63,986 nt of DNA, filler included, from an uncultured Ignavibacteriales bacterium (GCA_964611355.1; 4 parts of 4 records of this genome joined end to end with filler, not necessarily neighbours in it), one strand, 5' to 3'. Positions 9,644-20,360 are shown, counted from the first letter of the whole stretch. Notes: generated by a model not told the origin, from the sequence alone. Translations and numbers: made by a program.

Positions 9644-11025
9644 CGCAAACCTCCGAAAATTTCAGGCGAACCGAGGGCGTAAAGGTAATCAGCCTCGGCC
9701 AGATAATATTGAATAATCGACGCCCGGTATTGCTGTTCGGTGGCGGTCAATTCCGCCTCCATTTCCAGAAGTCGGTTAACCGACAGCCGGCCGGCCTTCT
9801 GCTTCTGCGAGGCGAGATTGAACCTCCGGCCGGCCAGATCATATTCGCGGCCGGAAATCTGTATCACGCAATAAGCATGCTCAAGGTTACTTGCGGCCGT
9901 TTCATACTGTAAAAGAAGACCATCGAGTAACTCCTTCTCGGCCATCCGCGCCGACAATGCCCGCCTCCGGGCGGCGGCCCTCGATTTACCCGTTTTGCCG
10001 CCCAGATTGAACTCCCAGTTCAAAGTCAGACCAATAGTGAAATAATCGTTCCAATCCTTGTTGAACATATCCAGGTTCGGCTTGCCCGCCGAGTACCCGG
10101 CAAAACCGGCCAAGGCGGGAAAATACTCCGCCTGCGAAAGAGACGCTGCAAAATCGGCGGCCCGCGCCAGATGTTTTAGACGTTCCAATTCGGCCCGTTT
10201 GATCTCGGGCGGCTCTTGTTGACTCAAGAAATCCGGCTCCCGCGGCGCTTGAATATTTTCAGTGGGATGGATTGGCCCGGCCCTGTCAAGGCCGGTGATT
10301 CTATACAGAGATGCCATTGCGATCTTATGTACCGTTTCCTGCCGATTCAGAACCTGCCGCCCTTTTTCCACCGCCAGCGCCGCTTCGAGGACGTCGATCG
10401 AATCGGCCAGGCCGTTGTCGTACAAATTCCGGATGTCCCGTTCGATGATCTTCACCCGCTCCAGCGACGCCCCGGCGATGTTAACCGATGATTGGGCCAT
10501 CATCAACTGCAGGTAAATGCGACGGCAATCATACGCCGTCGACAATTCTTCAGCCCGCAGTTTCGCCATTTCCGCGCAGCTGTTTTCGCGTTCGATATTG
10601 ATTACGTTGGACAGCCATCCGCCGGTATATAAAGGCACGGACAGCCTGAAATCAGCCTGATAATTTTCTTTTGACCCCATTTCTATATTCATAAAGGGCA
10701 ATTCCAGTGATGGGACCTCGTCAATGAAATTCGACCGCGCCTCGAGCGACAGTGTCGGGAAACGCAGCGTTTTCGCCTTCACATAATTAAATGCGGCTGC
10801 CGCCGAATCGTACCTGGCCGATTTGACGCCATAGTTATAATCCAGCGACAGGGCAATGGCTTCGACGAGCGAAAGACCCCTGTCTGCCACAGCCGTTGTA
10901 TATAAACAAGTTAGAAGCGTTAAGATTATCGCTAAAAGCAACGTTGACGGTCTATCTGGCTTCAAGACCGCGCATAAAAAGATCGACCACCGCCTGCGGC
11001 CTTTCTTTTCTGAACTTTTTGTCAT
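9640..11025 (-). CDS. TolC-family outer membrane efflux protein (true start probably nearer 10965)
   Basis: LSLVEAIALSL, FPTLSL, YFPAL, LNWEFNLGG; lies in the efflux operon; the called ORF overlaps the tetR end. Confidence 0.85.
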   Translation of the reverse strand: MTKSSEKKGRRRWSIFLCAVLKPDRPSTLLLAIILTLLTCLYTTAVADRGLSLVEAIALSLDYNYGVKSARYDSAAAAFNYVKAKTLRFPTLSLEARSNFIDEVPSLELPFMNIEMGSKENYQADFRLSVPLYTGGWLSNVINIERENSCAEMAKLRAEELSTAYDCRRIYLQLMMAQSSVNIAGASLERVKIIERDIRNLYDNGLADSIDVLEAALAVEKGRQVLNRQETVHKIAMASLYRITGLDRAGPIHPTENIQAPREPDFLSQQEPPEIKRAELERLKHLARAADFAASLSQAEYFPALAGFAGYSAGKPNLDMFNKDWNDYFTIGLTLNWEFNLGGKTGKSRAAARRRALSARMAEKELLDGLLLQYETAASNLEHAYCVIQISGREYDLAGRRFNLASQKQKAGRLSVNRLLEMEAELTATEQQYRASIIQYYLAEADYLYALGSPEIFGGLR

Positions 11026-11572
11026 CTCTTATCTCCCAGATGGCGTTGACCACGGGGGCCATTACCAGGTACAACAGGTTCATACTGATAAACGAAATCA
11101 GGGCCTGGCAGCTGTCAATATCGCGGTAGCGCCCGTCCCGCTTCCCCTGATCGATTATCCTTTTCAATTTCCACGGCAGACCTCGTTTAGCTATCAGATT
11201 AACCATAGCTGCCTTTAGCCTTTTACCGCCGGAAGCCATCTCGCGAATGGCGATCGGGCCGAATTTGCTGCCTGCGCCTAACAAGTTGTAATAATTCTCC
11301 GACAAAGCCAAAAGCAGCTCTTCCGTATCCCTGACTTCTTCGATCTGAACTTGAAAAAGAGCTATAAGGCGTTCCATTTCTCCTTCTATAACCTTCTGGT
11401 AAAGATCTTCCTTGGAGGCAAAATGGTAGTATATCATAGCTTTGTTGACCTTAGCCCGGCGGGCGATCCGGTCGACCCTGGCCCCGGCCAGACCGAGTTC
11501 GGCGAATTCGTTCATGGCGGCATTCAGTATTTTGGGGCGTGAACCTGATTTTGATGTCTTTTGATTGTCCAT
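10952..11572 (-). CDS. TetR/AcrR-family transcriptional regulator
   Basis: ILNAAMNEFAELGLAGARVDRIARRAKVNKAMIYYHFASKEDLY HTH. Confidence 0.93.
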   Translation of the reverse strand: MDNQKTSKSGSRPKILNAAMNEFAELGLAGARVDRIARRAKVNKAMIYYHFASKEDLYQKVIEGEMERLIALFQVQIEEVRDTEELLLALSENYYNLLGAGSKFGPIAIREMASGGKRLKAAMVNLIAKRGLPWKLKRIIDQGKRDGRYRDIDSCQALISFISMNLLYLVMAPVVNAIWEIRDDKKFRKERPQAVVDLFMRGLEAR

Positions 11573-11576
11573 AAAT

Positions 11577-11636
11577 AACTAACCATTTAGTTTAACTAAC
11601 CGGTTATATAATACGTATAATGTTTCGGTCTGTCAA
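11577..11636 (-). promoter_or_regulatory. sigma70-type promoter and TetR operator-like palindromes
   Basis: Minus strand TTGACA(11636-11631)-N17-TATTAT(11613-11608); palindrome AACTAA-N4-TTAGTT at 11577-11592 and a related copy at 11594-11609. Confidence 0.7.
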
Positions 11637-11713
11637 TATATTTTTTTATCCTTTGGAAAAAATTTTGCTTTTTTCTTTTGCCGACCGTCCGGATGCGCAC
11701 TAAGCCAGCCGTT

Positions 11714-14476
11714 CTACCGGAGCAGGAGCATTTTCCGGGTGGCCGTAAAATCATCGGCCTTCAATCGGTAAATATAAATCCCGGAAGCGACCGGCCGGCC
11801 CGCTCGGTCACGGCTGTTCCATTCTATCTTATTCAGCCCCGGCTCGGCCGGGCCGTCAAGCAGCGCCCTTATTTTCTGCCCCAGGATATTNNNNNNNNNN
11901 NNNNNNNNNNNNNNNNNNNNNNNNNNNNNNNNNNNNNNNNNNNNNNNNNNNNNNNNNNNNNNNNNNNNNNNNNNNNNNNNNNNNNNNNNNATCGGTTCCG
12001 CTTCATCGGTCGGAAACAGGTATCCCGACATCGGGATATATCCCTCGATCGGGATAAATGATCCGCCGAATTTATCGGTGTCGGCATAAAGCCACTGATA
12101 TTCCGAAACAAGCGGCCGGCAGGCAAACAGGTCGCCATAAATCACGCGAGTAGCGTTATCAAAATTGATATTGTTAGTAACGGCGCTGTCCAGTTTCAGG
12201 ATGTCATGAAAGAAATCGCCGTCTTCGAAGTATTCCGTTACCGGCTGACCCACCACAATATTCCAATCCGATACTGATAGAATTATAAAGATTGCCTTGC
12301 CGCCGTGTTCCAGGTAAAGACGCAGGAAATCGTAATTGGGCCACCAAATACTACCCATCCGCGATTCCACATCAAATATCAAAGGCGAGTAATCAGCTAT
12401 GGTTCTCATGTCAAGAACGCTGTCGTCTGCGTTATGGCGGGCCGCACGTGTATAGGCGGCGACCGATTCGTATAACCGGTCAATGTATTCTCTCTGAAAA
12501 GCTATGTAATTGCCCGGGCGATCAAGGTTACGGTCAACAAACAGCACACCCTGATCCATCGCCATCGGTATCACCTCTACCGGCCCGGCCTTTTCCGATT
12601 CCAGGCCAAGATCATTTTTGCCGCTGACCCGATAGCTGTACTTTTCTCCTGATTCGGCATTGTTATCCCGATAGCTATAAGCCTGGGTTGAGTCGTACAG
12701 TACGAAAGCGCTGTCCCAGACGGCCCGGTATATCATAAACCACTGGGTCGCCGTATCGACGTGCGGCGACCAGGTCAAAACCGGAATTATGCCATCCAGT
12801 ATAACCTCCAAGCATTCCGGGGGGTGAGGCATGGCCGGAATTATTTCAACCGGCAACGACAGTCCCGATTCTCTGCCCCGGTTATCAACCAGACTAACCG
12901 CAAGACAATAATTATGGTCAGGATACGCCATGTAACATCGATAAACCGTATCGACAATCGGGTCGATAAAAACATGCCGCCATATGCTATCCAGAACAGT
13001 ATCCCTGGCCAGAAGATAATAACCGGCCAGATCTGGGCGACCGCTGGCATTCCAGACAAGATCGACAAAATCGTCATCATAATCGGTCACGGTCAATCCC
13101 GACGGCGGCCCGGGATGCGGCAGGGTAAGACCCGAACGATATACCGAGTCGGCGCGGCGGTGATAAGTTAAAAGGTTTGAAAAATCGAGCTTGCTCTGAA
13201 AAATATCCGGTGCGTACCAATTGAAATATCTATCAAAATCATCGGGATTGACATGAAAGTTGTCGGCCGCTGCAAGAGCCAGGCTGAAATTTACCGAATC
13301 GCCCGGCAAAAGGTCAAATGAACCGAACGAAAGCAGAAAACGAGCATCCAAGCCGCATGAAAAATCGATGGGACCATTAAGAGAAGGCGGTATCCACCCG
13401 TCGGCGGAGTCATGAATGGCCGTTTCAAGCTGGTTGTAGTCAATCTCCGGGTGGGACAGAATGTAGTACCTCTCTTTGTCATTCCCGGGAGTTCCCAACC
13501 CTCCTCCGCCGAACGGCCGGTACGGATCTTCCTGCGTGCCGACGCGGCGCGGGCCGAAATCGAGCGAAGGATTGCAGTTGGGACACCACCAGTTGAAGTT
13601 TTGATGCTCAGTTTCGAAGTCAGCGTCCAGCAACCTCAGAGAAATCACGCCTTCAACCGAACCGCTGTCCCAGCTTTCCCGGTCAGGGTCGCCATCGTTA
13701 TCGAATATATATGCTATCATGGCCCGACTGGAAAAATCGCCTTCATACAGCAGAGTATCCAGTAAACCGGAGTAGTCATCCTCATACCCGATGCCCACGG
13801 ATTCGTGAGCAACATCGCCGTCCAGATAAAAACCTATCCAGGCATCGGTAATATATTCCATCCCGATATTCTTGACGGTATAGTCAATTATTATAAAATC
13901 ATCATAAACCGTATCAGCCCAACTGCGGGTTGTTTGCGTTATTTTAAGGCCGAGAGGTTTATGGTCGCAGGGGTCGAATCCGCCGCAGTGAAAAGTATCG
14001 AAACCGACGGTAACAAATTCATCGTCGGCAAAATGGCCGACACGGTATGTGCCGCCGGTGCGATAATTTTCGGGATGTATTTCCTTATCGGGAAACCAAC
14101 CGTCCAAACCCACGGTGACCAGTGTATCCTGATTAACAATACCGCCCACCCATATACCGCCGCCGTAAACATATTGCTTGCCGCTGCCGCGCGGATATGT
14201 GGTTGGCTTCAACTCCTGTCCAGTTTCCGGGTCGACGTATGAATATGAGAATCCCGTCGAAACTATACCGTCGATAAACGGCGAATAAAGATCACCGGCG
14301 TCATGGACGGCAACATGACTCATAATGCGAGAATTGGGCAGAGTCAAAATGTCAGATGTCTTGGGGTAAACGTTGGTTGAGTTATCCTCAAGATGCGCCC
14401 GCGCCCAACCGGTTGATATGCACGATAAAACTATTAAGATTGAAAGAACCGCCTCGCAAAAATTCAGCTTTTTCAT
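11714..14476 (-). CDS. Secreted protein with fibronectin type III-like repeats and FlgD-Ig/T9SS-like C-terminal domain (spans scaffold gap)
   Basis: Signal peptide; PGPPSGLTVT..VDLVW and PHPPECLEV..LTW FN3-like units; tail NILGQKIR..W..RD..G..VASGIYIYRL..TRKMLLLR; length across 11891-11990 unknown. Confidence 0.7.
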   Translation of the reverse strand: MKKLNFCEAVLSILIVLSCISTGWARAHLEDNSTNVYPKTSDILTLPNSRIMSHVAVHDAGDLYSPFIDGIVSTGFSYSYVDPETGQELKPTTYPRGSGKQYVYGGGIWVGGIVNQDTLVTVGLDGWFPDKEIHPENYRTGGTYRVGHFADDEFVTVGFDTFHCGGFDPCDHKPLGLKITQTTRSWADTVYDDFIIIDYTVKNIGMEYITDAWIGFYLDGDVAHESVGIGYEDDYSGLLDTLLYEGDFSSRAMIAYIFDNDGDPDRESWDSGSVEGVISLRLLDADFETEHQNFNWWCPNCNPSLDFGPRRVGTQEDPYRPFGGGGLGTPGNDKERYYILSHPEIDYNQLETAIHDSADGWIPPSLNGPIDFSCGLDARFLLSFGSFDLLPGDSVNFSLALAAADNFHVNPDDFDRYFNWYAPDIFQSKLDFSNLLTYHRRADSVYRSGLTLPHPGPPSGLTVTDYDDDFVDLVWNASGRPDLAGYYLLARDTVLDSIWRHVFIDPIVDTVYRCYMAYPDHNYCLAVSLVDNRGRESGLSLPVEIIPAMPHPPECLEVILDGIIPVLTWSPHVDTATQWFMIYRAVWDSAFVLYDSTQAYSYRDNNAESGEKYSYRVSGKNDLGLESEKAGPVEVIPMAMDQGVLFVDRNLDRPGNYIAFQREYIDRLYESVAAYTRAARHNADDSVLDMRTIADYSPLIFDVESRMGSIWWPNYDFLRLYLEHGGKAIFIILSVSDWNIVVGQPVTEYFEDGDFFHDILKLDSAVTNNINFDNATRVIYGDLFACRPLVSEYQWLYADTDKFGGSFIPIEGYIPMSGYLFPTDEAEPXXXXXXXXXXXXXXXXXXXXXXXXXXXXXXXXXXNILGQKIRALLDGPAEPGLNKIEWNSRDRAGRPVASGIYIYRLKADDFTATRKMLLLR
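11891..11990. other. Scaffold gap (100 N)
   Basis: Run of N without linker. Confidence 0.99.
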
Positions 14477-14662
14477 AATACCCTCCTATCGGATATTTCT
14501 TAATGTAATGAGGGGTCCCTTTTGCTAATTATCAGACGAAAAAACATAAAAGATGTTTAAAAATATATTAACGCGGATATCAATAGCAATAAATAAACCC
14601 CGGGCAATGATACTGACCCGGGGTCGGTGAAGGAAGTGGTTTTATCGGGCTTTTCTGCCGGA

Positions 14663-15043
14663 TTAACTTTGTGGAAGCTGTGCCGGCGGCTGTTTTCCCT
14701 GTTCTCTCCTGCGGGCCGCATTGGCAATAAAGTAGTAAAGCAAAAGTCCCAGTCCGGCCGCAATCAGCATCGCTCCAAAGAATGTCTCACCTTCCTGGAA
14801 ACGATATGGGAGCGATTTGACGACAAAAATCCCCGCTCCGGTAAAGAGAGATACCAGACCCCATTTCAAAGACGCCGGGGCATAACGCTCGGTAGTGTCA
14901 AAATACAGGTACTTGATTTTTTCATCGACCAGCCCCTTTTCGATCAAACGCCTCCGCGTCAGGTAATCGAGGTACCATTTAAGCATTATTGCAAACGTGG
15001 GGAAGATTATCAGAATCGGAAAAACGTCCCAAAAACTGCTCAT
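14663..15043 (-). CDS. Small membrane protein (DUF6249-like), divergent from the ECF sigma factor
   Basis: RRRLIEKG and SLKWGLV motifs, three TM segments, AGGAGG RBS. Confidence 0.7.
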   Translation of the reverse strand: MSSFWDVFPILIIFPTFAIMLKWYLDYLTRRRLIEKGLVDEKIKYLYFDTTERYAPASLKWGLVSLFTGAGIFVVKSLPYRFQEGETFFGAMLIAAGLGLLLYYFIANAARRREQGKQPPAQLPQS

Positions 15044-15096
15044 ATTTGCCTCCTTTATTTATGTTTTAATCTTATATTTATTTTATCTGCCTTATC

Positions 15097-15167
15097 TGAC
15101 CGGCGGCACGGACAAAGGTTGCAAAATCGGCGGAAAGAATTGCAACTTTTATTATTACTGGCGGTCA
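15097..15167. promoter_or_regulatory. Back-to-back ECF-type promoters
   Basis: TGCAAC-N16-GGTCA on + (15141-15167) and on - (15123-15097). Confidence 0.7.
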
Positions 15168-15186
15168 TATCAATACAGAGACAGGC

Positions 15187-15753
15187 ATGACAGATCAGAA
15201 GATCCTTGTCGAGAAAATCCTGGCCGGCGACAAAAACGCTTTCCGGACGTTGGTCGAAAAACACCAGCGGCTGGTTACTCACTTCGTCTTCAGGATGATT
15301 CCGGCCGGGCCCGACCGGGAAGATATCTGTCAGGAGGTTTTTTTGAAAGTGTACCAGAACCTGGGCCGGTTTCGCTTTGATTCCAGGCTTTCCACCTGGA
15401 TCGGAAAGATTACCCGTAATACCTGCCTCAGCTTTCTGGAGAAAAAGAAACTGCCGTTCTATGAAGACCTTACCGACGAAAATAAAGGCTTTGGGCCGGT
15501 CGATAACCAGCACACTCGCCCCGATTGCAGCCTTGCCGAAAAGGAAATCTCGGCAATACTTCACGGAGAAATTGACCGGCTGCCGGCTGTATATAAAACC
15601 ATCGTGACGCTTTATCATGTTGACCGGATGAGTTACGCCGAGATTGCCGATATTATGAATATGCCGGAAGGAACAATTAAAAGCTATCTTTTCCGCGCCC
15701 GGCGGCTAATGAAAAACAGGCTCTTGTCAAAGTATCAGCGGGAGGAGTTATGA
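15187..15753 (+). CDS. ECF RNA polymerase sigma factor
   Basis: EDICQEVFLKVY, LSTWIGKI, MSYAEIADIMNMPEGTIKSYLFRAR. Confidence 0.93.
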   Translation: MTDQKILVEKILAGDKNAFRTLVEKHQRLVTHFVFRMIPAGPDREDICQEVFLKVYQNLGRFRFDSRLSTWIGKITRNTCLSFLEKKKLPFYEDLTDENKGFGPVDNQHTRPDCSLAEKEISAILHGEIDRLPAVYKTIVTLYHVDRMSYAEIADIMNMPEGTIKSYLFRARRLMKNRLLSKYQREEL

Positions 15754-16289
15754 ACGAAAAGCATCTGACCGATGATCAATTGCAGGAGTATCTCGACGGC
15801 AACCTGAGCGATTCCGATCCCTGCGTCCGGCATCTCAAATCCTGCCCTTCCTGTCAAAGGGCGTTGGACAACTATCGGGCACTTTATGGTGCCCTGGAAA
15901 CAGAACCCGGCTTCAAACTCTCGCCTGAATTTATTGATAAGGTTATATCGCAATTACCGGAAGGGAAAACCCCGGCCATAAAAGAAACCAAAGGCCGGGC
16001 AAAAATATACGATCGTATAATCGCCTTCGCTTCCATAGCCGCAGTGATGGCCGCCGCCTTTTATTTCATAAATCCCGTGACTCTGATTAAATCGGTATTC
16101 GGCTGGACTGATCAATCATTCTCATCCGGCAATCAGATTCTGAACAGTCTCTCCGGTTATTTCTCCGGTCTGGGCATTAACCCGATGATGTTTCTTCTCA
16201 CGGCGCTGACAATTATTACTATCGCCGTCATCGATTATATTATCAGCCGCCGGAAACTGAGGCATAAACAGGTATCATTGATAGTCTGA
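15750..16289 (+). CDS. Zinc-binding (HxxxCxxC) membrane anti-sigma factor
   Basis: LQEYLDG..HLKSCPSC, two TM helices, overlaps the sigma factor stop codon. Confidence 0.85.
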   Translation: MNEKHLTDDQLQEYLDGNLSDSDPCVRHLKSCPSCQRALDNYRALYGALETEPGFKLSPEFIDKVISQLPEGKTPAIKETKGRAKIYDRIIAFASIAAVMAAAFYFINPVTLIKSVFGWTDQSFSSGNQILNSLSGYFSGLGINPMMFLLTALTIITIAVIDYIISRRKLRHKQVSLIV

Positions 16290-16507
16290 TTCGGGTAAGC
16301 AAATCCCCGATAAAAAAGCGTGCTCCGATGAGAAAACTGCCGAAATTGCAGGCATATGCCATTGGATAAATTCACTCAAAATACTATCAGAATACGGAGA
16401 GGCTAATTCGGATAGACCCAAATGCCATATTATCAGACAGGTTTCCGTGTAGAGAAATGTGACGTTCGGGGCTGTTTTGCCGGATTTGGATTGTATATAT
16501 TTATTCA

Positions 16508-17872
16508 ATGGATATTTTCGACAACGGCAGGAAAAGAGGCGGCGTTCCGGCAGCCGAAGCCAAAGAGACCGGCTCTGCTTCCCGAAATGATCGTCCCCTG
16601 GCTATCCGGGTGCGGCCGGACTCATTTGATAGTTTCGTCGGCCAGGAAAAGATAATTGGTCCGGGCGCTCCGTTGCGTCAGGCCGTTGAACGGGGCAGGG
16701 TCGGATCGATCATTTTCTGGGGGCCTCCCGGAAGCGGCAAAACCACTCTTGCTTATCTTATTGCGAAATCGTGCCGGGGCGATTTTCTGCCTTACTCGGC
16801 GGTTACCTCAACAATCAGGGAATTAAAAGAAGTCATCATCCGGGCAAAAAAAAGAAAGAAAATGTATGGTGTCTCCACTTACCTCTTCATCGATGAAATC
16901 CATCGCTTCAACAAGGCTCAGCAGGACGCCTTCCTGCCATACGTCGAAGACGGCTCGATAACTCTCATCGGCGCAACCACCGAAAACCCATCATTTGAAA
17001 TCAACACGCCGCTCCTTTCCCGCGTACGGGTTTACGTTCTCGAAAGGCTATCGCAGGAACATATCAGGCACATTATCAACAACTCGCTGACCGACAAGGA
17101 AAACGGACTGGGTAATCGGAAGCTAACCATTGAAACCAAAGGCCTCGACTGGCTGGCGGAGCAGGCAGACGGCGACGCTCGACGAGCGTTATCTATTCTT
17201 GAGGCTGCTGCCGAAGAAGCCACCGATGGCGATCGGATCAGCTACGATCTGCTGAAAAAGATAATCGGGCAACGAAGCATCATTTACGACAAATCGGCCG
17301 AGGAGCATTATAATATCATCTCCGCCCTTCATAAATCGGTCCGCGGGGGTGATCCCGATGCCGCATTATACTGGCTGGCAAGAATGCTTAAAGGGGGCGA
17401 AGACCCGCTGTATATATTGCGCCGCCTGGTACGCATGGCTTCCGAAGATATCGGCCTGGCCGACCCGTTTGCCCTGACCTTTTGCATATCGGCTGTCGAA
17501 TCGTACCGGTTTCTGGGTTCGCCCGAAGGCGAGTTAGCTATCGCCGAGGCTGTCATCTACCTTGCTACGGCTCCCAAATCAGTCGCGGCTTACAAGGCGT
17601 TCGGCGATGCAATGAACGAGGTGGAAAAATCCGAGAACCTGCCGGTGCCGATGCATATCCGTAACGCCCCGACCGGCCTGATGAAGGCGGTGGGCTACGG
17701 CGAAGGCTATATTTATCCGCCCAATTGCGACACGCCGTTTGTTAACCAAACCTTTTTGCCGGAGAATATCAAAGATCGGCAGTTTTACCATCCCACCGAC
17801 AGGGGACGCGAAAAGAAAACAGCCTGTTATATGGCCGCGTTCCGAAAATACCGGAAGAAGCAGGGAAATTAA
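16508..17872 (+). CDS. rarA: Replication-associated recombination protein A (MgsA/RarA)
   Basis: [52 protein letters not shown]. Confidence 0.95.
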   Translation: MDIFDNGRKRGGVPAAEAKETGSASRNDRPLAIRVRPDSFDSFVGQEKIIGPGAPLRQAVERGRVGSIIFWGPPGSGKTTLAYLIAKSCRGDFLPYSAVTSTIRELKEVIIRAKKRKKMYGVSTYLFIDEIHRFNKAQQDAFLPYVEDGSITLIGATTENPSFEINTPLLSRVRVYVLERLSQEHIRHIINNSLTDKENGLGNRKLTIETKGLDWLAEQADGDARRALSILEAAAEEATDGDRISYDLLKKIIGQRSIIYDKSAEEHYNIISALHKSVRGGDPDAALYWLARMLKGGEDPLYILRRLVRMASEDIGLADPFALTFCISAVESYRFLGSPEGELAIAEAVIYLATAPKSVAAYKAFGDAMNEVEKSENLPVPMHIRNAPTGLMKAVGYGEGYIYPPNCDTPFVNQTFLPENIKDRQFYHPTDRGREKKTACYMAAFRKYRKKQGN

Positions 17873-18148
17873 AAAAATAGCACTATTTTGAAATATGCGA
17901 TTTACATAGCCGGTAGCATCATGAATCACCGAATCGGTGGATCTATTACGGAAGAGCAAGTATGGTGCTGAAATTCCCGCCACCAAAAGTATCAAATAAC
18001 TTATTGAAATGTTCATAGAAATCTCTACGTGTATTCTTGCACTTATTGACAACATGATCCATTTCAAGGTTGGCCCCAATACATCAATAAACATCTCAGA
18101 ACATAGGCATTAATCAAGTATCAAGGCTATTTCAAGCCATAATATTAC

Positions 18149-18174
18149 TGGAGGTGGGGGGAATCGAACCCCCG
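18149..18174 (-). repeat. tmRNA/tRNA-Ala-like 3' end fragment (att-like duplication)
   Basis: Minus strand CGGGGGTTCGATTCCCCCCACCTCCA (T-arm plus acceptor 3' strand); first 12 bp repeated at 20470-20481 at the contig end. Confidence 0.7.
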
Positions 18175-18358
18175 CCTCGCGTTGTGGCACAAGAATTTAC
18201 GGGTCATAGGTGACCAAATTGTGACGCTTTTTTGTTAGCCCCAGTCCTGCTCTCCCACTCACTCTTGAACTCCAATCTCCTCATGGTGGCGCGGGAATCT
18301 GCAGTGGCTCTAACCTGGGCGAAATGCCAATGTGCTCTCCCGCATATCAGGAATGTTC

Positions 18359-18388
18359 TTGACATTGTCTAAACTAAGACTTTATCCT
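18359..18388 (+). promoter_or_regulatory. Putative promoter of the fur/perR-katA unit
   Basis: TTGACA-N18-TATCCT, ending 6 nt before ATG 18395; spacer contains the inverted repeat GTCT-N6-AGAC. Confidence 0.5.
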
Positions 18389-18394
18389 ACTTCA

Positions 18395-18832
18395 ATGGAG
18401 AACGTTATCGCCATCCTCCGGGAATGTGGGATTTAACCAACGCCGCAAAGAATAGCTGTCGTGGAGTATGTCCTCGAAAGCGAAGTTCATCCGTCGGCTG
18501 ACCAGATGTTGGAACGAGTTCGGCGACAGTGTCCTACCATTTCTCGCGCGACCGCCTATAATACGCCGAATCTTCTGGTCGAGAAAGGGCTGCCAAAAGC
18601 GCAGATTCTTAAGGAAGGAACGGTGGTATTTGATTCCAATATCAAACGACATCATCACTTCATTGATGAGGATACGGGGAGCATATACGATGTTCCATGG
18701 AACGCCCTCAAGGTGACAGGTGAGAAATCTCTGAAGGACTTTCAAGTCCGTGAGTTTCAGGTTATTCTGCGAGGGAAGAAGAAGTGGACCCAGGTTTCTT
18801 CTCAGATCGGCAGTAGACCAGGTCCAAGATAA
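18395..18832 (+). pseudogene. Fur-family (PerR-like) repressor with in-frame TAA at codon 14
   Basis: MENVIAILRECGI*PTPQRIAVVEYV..HPSADQ..ISRATAYNTPNLL..HHHF; stop at 18434-18436 is in frame with ORF 18461-18832. Confidence 0.8.
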
Positions 18833-18871
18833 GATGCAATTGACCAATCATTCAGAACAGGAGGATAAAAG

Positions 18872-20311
18872 ATGGCAAAGAAGAAGCAATTGACCACCGC
18901 GGTTGGAATACCGATCGGTGACAACCAGAACGCGTTGACTGCGGGACCACGTGGTCCCTTGCTGGTACAGGACTGGCAACTTTTTGAGAAACATGCTCAC
19001 TTTAATCGTGAGCGCATTCCCGAGCGAGTCGTGCACGCCAAAGGCTCGGGCGCCTACGGCACTCTGACCATTACCAATGACATCACGAAGTACACCAAAG
19101 CCAATATCTTCTCAGCCGTGGGAAAGAAAACAGAATGCCTTCTACGCTTCTCAACCGTTGCTGGTGAGAGGGGCGCGGCGGATGCAGAGCGGGATGTTCG
19201 AGGGTTTGCGATGAAATTCTACACGGAGGAAGGAAACTGGGATCTGGTCGGGAACAACACCCCTGTATTTTTCGTCAGGGACCCATACAAGTTCCCAGAC
19301 TTCATCCACACGCAGAAACGTGACCCGAAGACCAATTTGAGAAGCAACACTATCCAATGGGACTTCTGGTCGCTGTCTCCAGAAAGTCTGCATCAGGTCA
19401 CGATTCTTTTCTCCGATCGCGGGCTACCGTGCAGTTACCGGCATATGAACGGTTACGGCAGCCACACCTACAGTTTAATCAACAAGAAGAACGAGCGATT
19501 TTGGATCAAATTTCACTTCAAAACAGCACAGGGCATACAGTGTCTGACAGCTGAAGAATCAGAGGCAATCATCGCCAAGGATCGGGAAAGCCATCAACGG
19601 GATCTCTTCGAAGCAATTGAAAAGCGAAAATTCCCCAAATGGAACATGAAGATTCAAGTGATGACGGAAAAGCAGGCCGAGAAGACTTCCTTCAATCCAT
19701 TCGACTTGACCAAGGTGTGGCCTCATGGTGAATTCCCATTGATCGATGTCGGCATCTTGGAATTGAATCGCAATCCCGAAAACTACTTTGCGGAAGTGGA
19801 GCAGTCAGCCTTTTCACCGGCAAATGTGGTACCCGGGATCAGTCACAGCCCCGATAAGATGCTTCAATTTCGCATCTTCTCATATGCCGATGCCCACCGC
19901 CATCGTCTGGGCGTAAACTACGAGAGCCTGCCGGTCAATCGTCCACGGTGTGAAGTCAACACGTACCACCGTGACGGATCCATGCGTTTTGATGGCAACT
20001 ATGGTGGCGATGTCAACTACGAGCCGAATAGTTCTGGCGGCCCGACCGAAGATGCGCGCTTCAAGGAACCTCCGCTGAATATCTCCGGAGACGCCGATAG
20101 ATACAATCACCGTGACGGAAATGACGATTACACTCAAGCAGGGAATCTCTATCGTTTGATGCCGGTCGAGGAACGAAATCGGCTACATAAGGCTATCGCA
20201 GGTGCGATGTCCGGGGTCCCGAAAGAGATTATTGAACGACAGCTCGCGCATTCTGCTAAAGCCGACAAGGCCTATGCTGCGGGTGTCAAGAAAGCCCTGG
20301 GTTGGAAGTAG
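18872..20311 (+). CDS. katA: Monofunctional heme catalase (small subunit)
   Basis: [15 protein letters not shown] distal His motif, RIFSYADAH proximal Tyr motif, GGAGG RBS. Confidence 0.96.
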   Translation: MAKKKQLTTAVGIPIGDNQNALTAGPRGPLLVQDWQLFEKHAHFNRERIPERVVHAKGSGAYGTLTITNDITKYTKANIFSAVGKKTECLLRFSTVAGERGAADAERDVRGFAMKFYTEEGNWDLVGNNTPVFFVRDPYKFPDFIHTQKRDPKTNLRSNTIQWDFWSLSPESLHQVTILFSDRGLPCSYRHMNGYGSHTYSLINKKNERFWIKFHFKTAQGIQCLTAEESEAIIAKDRESHQRDLFEAIEKRKFPKWNMKIQVMTEKQAEKTSFNPFDLTKVWPHGEFPLIDVGILELNRNPENYFAEVEQSAFSPANVVPGISHSPDKMLQFRIFSYADAHRHRLGVNYESLPVNRPRCEVNTYHRDGSMRFDGNYGGDVNYEPNSSGGPTEDARFKEPPLNISGDADRYNHRDGNDDYTQAGNLYRLMPVEERNRLHKAIAGAMSGVPKEIIERQLAHSAKADKAYAAGVKKALGWK

Positions 20312-20334
20312 TCGTTGGCGATGTTGATACAGTT

Positions 20335-20360
20335 GGGGCGGGATGTCATGTCCTGCCCCT
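20335..20360 (+). terminator. GC-rich hairpin after katA
   Basis: GGGGCGGGA..TCCTGCCCC; weak U tract. Confidence 0.4.

Noticed and set aside
11678..12138. ORFs 11678-12061 and 11869-12138
   Set aside because: They are open only because they run through the N gap; shadows of the secreted-protein gene
17579..18094. 171-aa minus-strand ORF
   Set aside because: More than half overlaps rarA antisense; the AT-rich remainder is at most a gene remnant beside the att-like site
18100..18240. Complete tRNA or tmRNA gene
   Set aside because: Only a T-arm and acceptor 3' strand are present; no matching 5' acceptor strand or D/anticodon arms are recognisable nearby
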